Below are positions 56,470 through 64,000 of a stretch of 64,000 nt of DNA, piece by piece. The translations under genes and the position numbers were made by a program. The notes below the pieces were generated by a model. That model was not told the origin of the DNA, did not search any database, and worked only from the letters and a program-made list of their open reading frames with translations. Within the stretch, counting starts at the first letter, position 1. Each line of letters begins with the position of its first letter. The stretch lies in the NCBI GenBank assembly GCA_045568775.1, contig JBJLAJ010000003.1, positions 129,123 to 193,122 on the forward strand, written 5' to 3'. The stretch is from Cytophagales bacterium (GTDB taxonomy: Bacteria; Bacteroidota; Bacteroidia; Cytophagales; MED-G16).

Positions 56470-56838
56470 TTAATCTTCTGGATATGGTATAAATATTATC
56501 TTAGAATTAATATCTATTCTTGTTAATAAACAACAAAACTCATCAGGATTTTTATATTTTTCTTTAAATATAGAGATATCTGATATAATTTTTTTTTCAA
56601 TTAATACTTCAGCATAACTTGCAAAATATTTCCATTTATTATTTAAAATTTCATTTTGATCAATGAGAAGTGCACCTAAATCATTATTTGTGTCGCTTAT
56701 TATTATTACAGGAAACTTTGAAAATTTTTTTTCTATAATCTTTTTACATGTTATTTTAACTTGATCTGAAACTTTAACAAAGTCGGAAGTTATTTGCCCT
56801 ATTTTATTATAATCTAAATCATCATTTTTGTTCTCCAT
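56470..56838 (-). CDS. hypothetical protein
   Basis: 122 aa, no signal peptide and no motif I recognise. First gene of a tightly packed same-strand run. Confidence 0.5.
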   Translation of the reverse strand: MENKNDDLDYNKIGQITSDFVKVSDQVKITCKKIIEKKFSKFPVIIISDTNNDLGALLIDQNEILNNKWKYFASYAEVLIEKKIISDISIFKEKYKNPDEFCCLLTRIDINSKIIFIPYPED

Positions 56839-56872
56839 ACTACAATAAACTTACTATATTTATAACAAATTT

Positions 56873-59515
56873 ATGTTAAGGACCTTCTTAATTTTATTTA
56901 TTTCTTTAATTCCAATTCAATATGTTCTAGCAGCTCATATTGTAGGAGGTGAAATAGAAATGATTCACATCGGGGATGAGAACTCATTTACTTATCAAGT
57001 TAAATTAATTCAGTATTTCGATTGTGCTCAGACATCGAATCCAGGACCTGATGACCTGGTAATATATACTATTTTCAGAAAATCAGATGGTCAGTTTATG
57101 AGAAATGGTACTATGGTTATTACAAAGACAGAGAATGTTCCTTATACTAATCCTGACTGTGCTTTAGGTTTCTTATGTACCGATAAGGTAGAATATTCTC
57201 ATGAAATAACTTTAGATCCAGATATATATAATGATCCAGATGGATACGTAATTGTGTGGGAAAGGTGTTGTAGAAACGCAGCCATAAAAAATTTAATTAA
57301 TCCTGACACTAATGGGATGACCTATACTTTATATTTTCCTCCTGTAGTAGACGCAACTGGTAAACCATTTGTAAACTCTTCTCCAAAATTATTTCCTCCT
57401 CTTAGTGATTATGCTTGCGTTAATCAGTTATTCTACATAGATTTTGCAGGTACTGACGATGATGGAGACTCAATTGCTTATTCACTTGCTGCGCCTCTAG
57501 ATGATAAACAAGATAATAATGGTGATATACAAGCGTTGCCACCGACTACACCTCCTCCTCATCCTATAGTTAATTTTGCTCCTGGTTATGATCTAGCTAG
57601 TATGATTCCTGGAAATCCGTCATTATCAATTTCAAACGAAGGGTTTATAACAGTGACTCCGTCTGAAGTGGGATTATATGTTTTCTCAGTCAGAGCTGAA
57701 GAATATAGGAATGGTATTAAGATAGGAGAGTCTCGCAGAGATTTCCAGATGTTGGTTGTTGATGGATGTAACCCACCCGATCCCCCTGAAGCTTTAGTTA
57801 AAATACCTGGACAGCTTGATTTTTATAAGGAAGATGACACCATTATTTATGTTGCGTCACAACCAAAATGTTTTGAGCTATTTGTTACTGATGATTTAGG
57901 AACAAATGTTACTCTAACTGCTGAAGGGGTTAATTTTGGTAAAGGAGGAAGTACAGATTTATCTGATATTTTTTCATTTAGTGAGGGTTCTATTAACTCT
58001 TCTGGGGATACTCTAAAAGTAGAGGTTTGTGTTTCAGATTGCCCATATGTTCAGAACGAACCTTATCTGATAGATTTAATTGCAGCTGATGATGCATGCC
58101 CGTTACCTCAAAGAGATACAGTTCGAGTTACAATTATAGTAGAGCCTCCAACTAATAAAGACCCTTTCTTTTTAAATCAAGAAGATACTAATGTTGTTAC
58201 TGTATCTTGGAATTCACAATACTCAACTTTAATTGAGGGTCAAGATGTAGATTTAGATTCTCTAAGTTTGGATTATTTTATTGTTCCTCTAAAACCAGAA
58301 TATAATATTGAAGATTATGGCATCTCTTTTAACGTATCTGAGAGTGGAGCTGGCTCTATTTCTTCTACTCTAAGTTTTGATACTGACTGTAGAAATTTTG
58401 ATTATTCAGATAAAGATAGTTTTATGATTGGTATTGTTCTAGATGATTTGGATACATGTGAACAGTTTAATCAGGATACAATATATTATGATTTAAGAGT
58501 AGAATTACCACAGAACTCTGGACCTAAGTTGACAGCAGATATGCAGATAACTGATTCAGTCAATTCAAGACCTAATTTTTCAATTATTGAATATGAAACT
58601 GATCTTTCAGGTTTATTCTCTTTAAAACTATTCTCAGATGATCAAGACAATGATACTCTAATTATGTCAGCAAATGGAATAGGATTTAATTTAGAAGATA
58701 TAAATTCTACTTTTTCAGTAAATAACTTTCAAACTGGACATATTGAAGGTCAATTTAATGTAGATCTTGAGTGTGTAAATTTCCCTTATAAAGATATAAA
58801 TGAATACAAAATTAATTTTATTACTGAAGACATTGATTACTGTCAAGAATCAAACCCGGATACTATCCAGCTAATTCTTAAAATTAATATTGACGAGAAT
58901 AATACTCCGTTAATTACAAATGAAAATGAATATGTAATGACAGTTAATAATCCATTTGAGATAGATATTAATGCTATAGATCAGGATAATGACCTAATTT
59001 TATTAGAATTGATTTCTGAAGGGTTACCTGGTGATTTTGTTTTTGCTCAATCTTCTGGTGTTGGTGAGGTAACCAGTAAGCTTACTTGGAATCCAACTTG
59101 TGAATTTTTGAATAGTGACTTTACTTCTAAAGGATATAATCTAACTTTTAGGGTACAAGATAATAGCTGTCCATATTATAGTGAATATACTAAGCAAATT
59201 AAATTTTTATTAGAAAAACCTATAGTTAACTGGGATATATTTAATCCTCCAAATGCCTTCAGTCCTAATGGAGATGGGATAAATGATGTGTTCTCATTAA
59301 CTAATTTATCAATTCCTTCACAGAACTTACCTTTAGACGGCTGTGATGATAATTTTGAGTCAATAGTTTTTGTAGATAGGACTGGAGTTGAAGCTTATAA
59401 ATCTAGCAATAAGTTTTTTGAGTGGGATGGCAGCAATAGATCTCCAGGCGTGTATTATTATTATATTAAGTATACCAAGTCTGAATATAAAGGGTCTGTG
59501 ACAATAGTTTTTTAG
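56873..59515 (+). CDS. large secreted adhesin-like protein with type-B T9SS (gliding-motility-associated) C-terminal domain
   Basis: 880 aa. Signal peptide ([10 protein letters not shown]). Repeated cadherin-like D-x-D/N-x-D motifs ([37 protein letters not shown]). C-terminal [15 protein letters not shown]...YYYYIKY...GSVTIVF. Confidence 0.85.
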   Translation: MLRTFLILFISLIPIQYVLAAHIVGGEIEMIHIGDENSFTYQVKLIQYFDCAQTSNPGPDDLVIYTIFRKSDGQFMRNGTMVITKTENVPYTNPDCALGFLCTDKVEYSHEITLDPDIYNDPDGYVIVWERCCRNAAIKNLINPDTNGMTYTLYFPPVVDATGKPFVNSSPKLFPPLSDYACVNQLFYIDFAGTDDDGDSIAYSLAAPLDDKQDNNGDIQALPPTTPPPHPIVNFAPGYDLASMIPGNPSLSISNEGFITVTPSEVGLYVFSVRAEEYRNGIKIGESRRDFQMLVVDGCNPPDPPEALVKIPGQLDFYKEDDTIIYVASQPKCFELFVTDDLGTNVTLTAEGVNFGKGGSTDLSDIFSFSEGSINSSGDTLKVEVCVSDCPYVQNEPYLIDLIAADDACPLPQRDTVRVTIIVEPPTNKDPFFLNQEDTNVVTVSWNSQYSTLIEGQDVDLDSLSLDYFIVPLKPEYNIEDYGISFNVSESGAGSISSTLSFDTDCRNFDYSDKDSFMIGIVLDDLDTCEQFNQDTIYYDLRVELPQNSGPKLTADMQITDSVNSRPNFSIIEYETDLSGLFSLKLFSDDQDNDTLIMSANGIGFNLEDINSTFSVNNFQTGHIEGQFNVDLECVNFPYKDINEYKINFITEDIDYCQESNPDTIQLILKINIDENNTPLITNENEYVMTVNNPFEIDINAIDQDNDLILLELISEGLPGDFVFAQSSGVGEVTSKLTWNPTCEFLNSDFTSKGYNLTFRVQDNSCPYYSEYTKQIKFLLEKPIVNWDIFNPPNAFSPNGDGINDVFSLTNLSIPSQNLPLDGCDDNFESIVFVDRTGVEAYKSSNKFFEWDGSNRSPGVYYYYIKYTKSEYKGSVTIVF

Positions 59516-60678
59516 ATTTTACTCAAAGAATTTTTGATATCATCAATTATTAAGTCTGTCTCTTCTAATCCAATATAGAATCTGATATAATTTTTTGGGA
59601 GAAGCTCAGTTTTTGAATAGTATTCGCTTTCGTTATTATACCTTGCAATTTCAGGAAAAATTAATGATTCATGTCCACCCCATGAGGCAGCCATTCTAAA
59701 ATGAGAAAGATTATCGCAAAATCTTTCTATTTCCTTATCATCTTCAGTATTTAAAACTAAAGTAAACTGACCACATGGTTTCTTTAAATATTTTTTGACA
59801 AGATTTTTTTGACTAAAATCTTTAGAGTGAGGATAAAGTACTTTTTTAATTTTTGATTCTTTTTCGAGAAAACTCACAACTTTAGGCGTAGACTCACTTA
59901 CATATTTCATCCTAATTTTTAACGTTCTTAACCCATTAATAAAAAGCCATGAATGAAATGGAGATAAAACACTTCCAATGAGTTTAAATTGAGAATTATA
60001 AATTTGATTAATTATCTTATTTGTGCTACAAATAACTCCTCCCATCGCATTAGCATGACCACCAATATATTTAGTTGCTGAATGAACTATTATATCTATT
60101 CCCCACAAAGAAGGATTACAATTTATTGGAGAGGCATAACTATTGTCTATTATAGTAATGATATTATTTGACTTAGCAATCTTTGAAATTTTTTCTAAAT
60201 CTTGCATATCATAAGTCCATGAATTTGGACTTTCAAGGTAAATAAGTTTAGTATTCTTTTTGATTTTATTTTCAAAATTTTCCTTTTTTTCTCCATTAAT
60301 AAACGAGATATCAATGTTATAATCTGGTAATATATTTTTCATGAACATGTCAGTTCCTGTATAGGGTTGATTAATTGAAATCATATGTTCACCACTCTTT
60401 ATTTGAGAAAGTATAGCAGATGAAATTGCAGCCATTCCACTACTGAGAGCTATAGCATTTTCTGTTTTTTCTAATGCGGCAATTTTTTTCTCAAATATTC
60501 TTGTAGTAGGATTATGACCTCTAGTGTAAAAAGGAATATTGTTTTTATTGATCATAGCTGAACGCATGTCTTCTACCTTAGAAAATAAAAAATTAGAATT
60601 TGAGAAAATTGGAGGTATAGCTGCGTTAAAATACTCTTCTCGATTTTCTCCAAGCTGATTTATAATATCTTTACTCAT
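59512..60678 (-). CDS. PLP-dependent Cys/Met-metabolism enzyme (cystathionine gamma-synthase / beta-lyase / methionine gamma-lyase family)
   Basis: 388 aa. PLP-lysine context [11 protein letters not shown] and SSGMAAISS block. Confidence 0.85.
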   Translation of the reverse strand: MSKDIINQLGENREEYFNAAIPPIFSNSNFLFSKVEDMRSAMINKNNIPFYTRGHNPTTRIFEKKIAALEKTENAIALSSGMAAISSAILSQIKSGEHMISINQPYTGTDMFMKNILPDYNIDISFINGEKKENFENKIKKNTKLIYLESPNSWTYDMQDLEKISKIAKSNNIITIIDNSYASPINCNPSLWGIDIIVHSATKYIGGHANAMGGVICSTNKIINQIYNSQFKLIGSVLSPFHSWLFINGLRTLKIRMKYVSESTPKVVSFLEKESKIKKVLYPHSKDFSQKNLVKKYLKKPCGQFTLVLNTEDDKEIERFCDNLSHFRMAASWGGHESLIFPEIARYNNESEYYSKTELLPKNYIRFYIGLEETDLIIDDIKNSLSKI

Positions 60679-60736
60679 TACTTAGTTAAGTTGTTTTTAC
60701 GAAATTATAATAATTTTAATAAACTATATTTATAAT

Positions 60737-61549
60737 ATGGAAAATAAAGTTGTAGTTATAACTGGCGGTTCATCTGGAGCGGGAGAAGCTCTAGCCTACA
60801 AGTTTTCAAAGGAAGGTTTTGATGTTGTTATAGGTGGAACAAACTTAGAAAGACTTAAAAAAGTTCAATTAAATATAAAATCAATAGGGACTAGATGTGA
60901 GTATATAGTTCATGATGTTTCTGTAGAAAAAGATGTAAAAAAGATGATTGAGCTTACAATAAAATCCTTTGGTAAGTTAGATGTTTTAATTTGTAATGCT
61001 GGGATTTCTTATAGGTCTGTTTTTGAACATGCAAATATGGAAGTTTTTGAAAAATTATTTAAGATAAATTTTTTTGGTTCCATTTATTCAGTAAAACATT
61101 CAATTCCTTATCTTATTAAATCAGAGGGATCAATAATTGCAATTTCTTCATTAAATGGATTCATTGCAACACCAACTAGATCAGCTTATGTATCTTCTAA
61201 GCATGCTTTGCAAGGTTTTTTTGATTCAATCAGGCTTGAGCTTAAGAATAAAAATGTGAATATAATGGTCGCTTCACCAGGTTATTTTGAAAGTAACTTT
61301 AGGAAAAATACTTTAAAAAGCGATGGTAATAAAGAGGGGAGTACCGCAAGAGATCAAAAAGGCATGATAACTTCTGAACATTTAGCTGATAAAATATATG
61401 AGGGATATAAAAATAAAAAAAGAGATTTAATTTTTACATTCAGAGGTAAATTAGCTCACTTAATAAAAAATTGGTTTCCTAAGTTATCAGATAGACTATC
61501 ATACAAAGAAATTCTTAACGAGAGAGAATCTCTTCTGAAAGATTATTAA
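60737..61549 (+). CDS. short-chain dehydrogenase/reductase
   Basis: 270 aa. ITGGSSGAGEALA, CNAGI and YVSSKHAL (YxxxK) motifs. Confidence 0.85.
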   Translation: MENKVVVITGGSSGAGEALAYKFSKEGFDVVIGGTNLERLKKVQLNIKSIGTRCEYIVHDVSVEKDVKKMIELTIKSFGKLDVLICNAGISYRSVFEHANMEVFEKLFKINFFGSIYSVKHSIPYLIKSEGSIIAISSLNGFIATPTRSAYVSSKHALQGFFDSIRLELKNKNVNIMVASPGYFESNFRKNTLKSDGNKEGSTARDQKGMITSEHLADKIYEGYKNKKRDLIFTFRGKLAHLIKNWFPKLSDRLSYKEILNERESLLKDY

Positions 61550-62259
61550 TTAATCTTTAATAAATTCTTTTTCCTTATATATCTTCTTTCATTATCAATT
61601 ATAATTTCATACCAGACATCTGTCTCACCTGTAATTTCAATTTTTTCACCTTTATTAATTATACTATGTACATCTGATCCAGATGAGGGATCATACATAA
61701 TAAATGTGTTGTTATTTGAGATTATTCCTGAAGGATTATTTTTAAAATTAAGTACAAATAGCAAAAACATATTTACCAAGAAGAAAGACTTTATATAATT
61801 GATTTTTTTTCTTTTATAAATTCTATAAATATTATATGTGAATATTAAGATTGAAATAGATAGAAGTAAATAAATTATATAATATTTATTAATTAAAAAT
61901 TTACCCTCAAAAAAATCAAAATCAGAATTTTCAAAACTTTTTAGTTTATTGTTATCTATAATGTTTTGTAATGAGTTATTTACCTCTATATTTTCTTTTC
62001 TTTTTTTATAAAATGATAAATAGTATATGCTTCTCTCAAAGTTTCCTAAACGTTCTTCAATAAAAGACATCTTTAATAGCATGCTATAACTAAACATATT
62101 TTTATTATAAAATATGCTGTCATAATATTTTTTTGCATCGTAATATTTTTCTTCTTTAAATAGGGAATCACCAGCATTTAATAGATCATTCTTTCCTTTT
62201 AGAATTATTGGAAAAAATAAAAAGACAAATATTGAAATCTTAAAGGTTTTTAAATTCAT
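61546..62259 (-). CDS. membrane protein with N-terminal TPR-like region and C-terminal SH3b-like domain (BatE-like architecture)
   Basis: 237 aa. Signal/anchor, TPR-like YYDAKKYYDSIF...GNFERSIYYLSFY, two TM helices, C-terminal GEKIEITGETDVWYEIIIDNERRYIRKKNL. Confidence 0.4.
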   Translation of the reverse strand: MNLKTFKISIFVFLFFPIILKGKNDLLNAGDSLFKEEKYYDAKKYYDSIFYNKNMFSYSMLLKMSFIEERLGNFERSIYYLSFYKKRKENIEVNNSLQNIIDNNKLKSFENSDFDFFEGKFLINKYYIIYLLLSISILIFTYNIYRIYKRKKINYIKSFFLVNMFLLFVLNFKNNPSGIISNNNTFIMYDPSSGSDVHSIINKGEKIEITGETDVWYEIIIDNERRYIRKKNLLKIN

Positions 62260-64000
62260 TTATTGTAATTTTTTCTTCTAAAATTAAATTTTCAGTTTTT
62301 AAAATTAAATTATAATCCCCAGTTGAAATAAATTTATTAAAATGAATATAGTATGGTTTTTGGCTATTATTTTTTTCTATTATTAAATCCCATCTGATTT
62401 GATTTATTCCCTTTTCACCAATTCCATTCATTTTCCAAATCTCTTTATCTTTCTCTTTTATAATTAATGAATACTCTTTTGAATTATTTAAATAGAAAGT
62501 AATAGGAACGTTTTCATATGAGTGCATTAATGGCTCTCTATGAGTATCATTAAATTTTGGTAATAAGAATTCACCGGTACTAAGAATCATATCTTTATCT
62601 TCAATATTATTACTAGATATTAGATTATGAATTGGATCTAAATTCAATTTGTATATCCCTCTGCCATGAGTAGAAACTACCATATCATTAGTTTCTTTAT
62701 GGATCTCTATATCGGAAACGCTACTCATTGGAAAATTATTTCCTATTATCTCCCATGAATTACCTCTATCTAACGAAATATATACTCCTCTGTAAAGTCC
62801 AGCATAGAGAACATTTTCATATTTGTAATCTTCGATTATAACATTTGCAGGTTCATTTGGCAGGTTGCCTTTAATTTTTTTCCAATTTTTTCCATAGTTT
62901 TCAGAAACATATAAGTAATTATTTAAGTCATCATAATTTATTCCTGTCATTGCCATATAAACCCTTGATTCTTCAAATTGAGATGGGAATATACTTCTGA
63001 TATATCCATTCGATATATTTTCTGAATTTTCATGCCATTTTCTACCATCATTTTTTGTGTACCAAAATACTCCTCTATCAGTACCATAATATATTAGTCC
63101 TTTTGATAATTTAGACTCAGCAATTGCTCCAGCTGAATGTGATTCAAACTTTTGAGAATTTTTTGATTTAGTTAGTTTATTACTGATTACTTCCCAATTA
63201 TTTCCTTTATCTGTTGACTTAAAAACATAATTACCTGCATGATAAAGAGTGTTATGGTTATGTTCTGATATAAAGTATGGTGTTATGAAATTATATTTTA
63301 AAGTATCGTTTATATTTTTAGGTAATTTTGGTTTTATGGAGACCGAAAGACCTTTCTTCAAGTTTTTTCTTCTTATTGCACCATTTTGCATACTAAAGTA
63401 AACAGTATTATTATCTGATGGATCAACCTGAGTTATGCAACCATCTCCACCGTCCCATGCATCTATCCATAAATATTTCCATTTATCTTCACTATTATTT
63501 TTCCATTCTTTTGGAGGTCCATATACAGTAGCGTCGTCTTGCGTTCCACCATAAATTAAGTAAGGTGATCCATTTGTTAGTTCAATATCATAAAACTCCC
63601 CTGTAGGAATATTATTATAATGAAGCCATGAATTACCTTTATTGTAACTCACAAATACCCCACCATCATTTCCTAAAACAATATGCTCAGGGTTAATTGG
63701 GTTAATCCACAACTCACAGTGATCAAGGTGTAACCCTTTTGCTTGACTGGGGTTTATTCTTTTAACAGTACCATTTAAATTTTTAAAACTTTTCCCTCCA
63801 TCATTACTGTAAGCAGCTCTAACACCAAGAGAATATATCTCGTTATCATCCAAAGGATTAACATAAATGTCAGCAAAGTACCAGCCAATACCTGGAAAAA
63901 TTAATAGTTCTTTTTCATGAGTTCTGTACCAGTTTATTCCTCCATTATCAGTAGAGTATACTTCTGCTGCATGATTTCTCTCTTTAGATAAATTATCAAT
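62240..64000 (-). CDS. BNR/sortilin(VPS10)-repeat protein, 5'-truncated by the window edge
   Basis: The frame stays open upstream of the ORF-track start (a TTG Leu at 63853) to position 64000 (...STDNGGINWYRTHEKELL...NPLDDNEIY). BNR motifs SNDGGKSF, SYNKGNSW, STDKGNNW, SENYGKNW, SLDRGNSW. Confidence 0.8.
   Translation of the reverse strand: MDNLSKERNHAAEVYSTDNGGINWYRTHEKELLIFPGIGWYFADIYVNPLDDNEIYSLGVRAAYSNDGGKSFKNLNGTVKRINPSQAKGLHLDHCELWINPINPEHIVLGNDGGVFVSYNKGNSWLHYNNIPTGEFYDIELTNGSPYLIYGGTQDDATVYGPPKEWKNNSEDKWKYLWIDAWDGGDGCITQVDPSDNNTVYFSMQNGAIRRKNLKKGLSVSIKPKLPKNINDTLKYNFITPYFISEHNHNTLYHAGNYVFKSTDKGNNWEVISNKLTKSKNSQKFESHSAGAIAESKLSKGLIYYGTDRGVFWYTKNDGRKWHENSENISNGYIRSIFPSQFEESRVYMAMTGINYDDLNNYLYVSENYGKNWKKIKGNLPNEPANVIIEDYKYENVLYAGLYRGVYISLDRGNSWEIIGNNFPMSSVSDIEIHKETNDMVVSTHGRGIYKLNLDPIHNLISSNNIEDKDMILSTGEFLLPKFNDTHREPLMHSYENVPITFYLNNSKEYSLIIKEKDKEIWKMNGIGEKGINQIRWDLIIEKNNSQKPYYIHFNKFISTGDYNLILKTENLILEEKITINEFKNL

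Noticed and set aside
60679-60736. SAM or other riboswitch upstream of the PLP-dependent Cys/Met enzyme
   Set aside because: The divergent intergenic region is only 58 nt and AT-rich, and cannot hold a riboswitch aptamer.
1-64000. CRISPR arrays, transposases or IS elements, prophage genes, rRNA operons, alternative genetic code
   Set aside because: I saw no spaced direct-repeat arrays and no transposase, integrase or phage-like ORFs. ORFs close cleanly with TAA, TAG and TGA under the standard code. The only in-frame stop needing recoding is the known prfB TGA.

Overview
This 64-kb window is a very AT-rich (about 30% G+C by eye, not computed) and extremely gene-dense piece of bacterial chromosome. 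I support about 65 CDS, one tRNA-Ser(GGA) and a type-A RNase P RNA. I found no rRNA, CRISPR array, transposase, integrase or prophage gene.

The lineage looks like Bacteroidota, probably a streamlined marine flavobacterium. The evidence is two kinds of T9SS C-terminal sorting domain, a short 290-aa sigma-A type RpoD, -33 TTTG / -7 TAnnTTTG promoter motifs, and A-rich start contexts without Shine-Dalgarno sequences.

Most content is housekeeping:
- Purine and related: purA, purB.
- Transcription and translation: rpoD, greA, efp, rpmF, prfB (with its programmed +1 frameshift), smpB, tsaD, rsmA, rsgA, engB.
- Lipid and envelope: accBC, fabH, kdtA.
- Cofactor, repair and ion handling: pdxA, ruvC, mgtE, crcB, msrB.
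- Amino-acid catabolism: ilvE, ald, saccharopine dehydrogenase, and a fused E1 alpha/beta 2-oxoacid dehydrogenase.
- Transport: ExbB/ExbD genes.

The best candidate for something undescribed is at 17.3-24.4 kb. A stand-alone GcvT-like folate protein is translationally coupled to two paralogous CrtI/amine-oxidase-superfamily flavoproteins. This operon converges on a choline-monooxygenase/GbcA-like Rieske oxygenase that has no reductase partner nearby. The Rieske gene is divergently paired with an NhaC-family transporter. I read this as a possible non-canonical methylated-amine (osmolyte) demethylation module. That reading is inference only.

Secondary points:
- A dihydroorotase paralogue with all metal ligands substituted, sitting beside a GT2-GT2-VanW-methyltransferase cluster.
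- A Cys-less Fur homologue.
- Giant BNR/sortilin-repeat surface proteins.
- A promoter-plus-terminator leader in front of greA.
- Almost no spacer at convergent gene junctions.

All family assignments come from motif recognition by eye; no searches were run.
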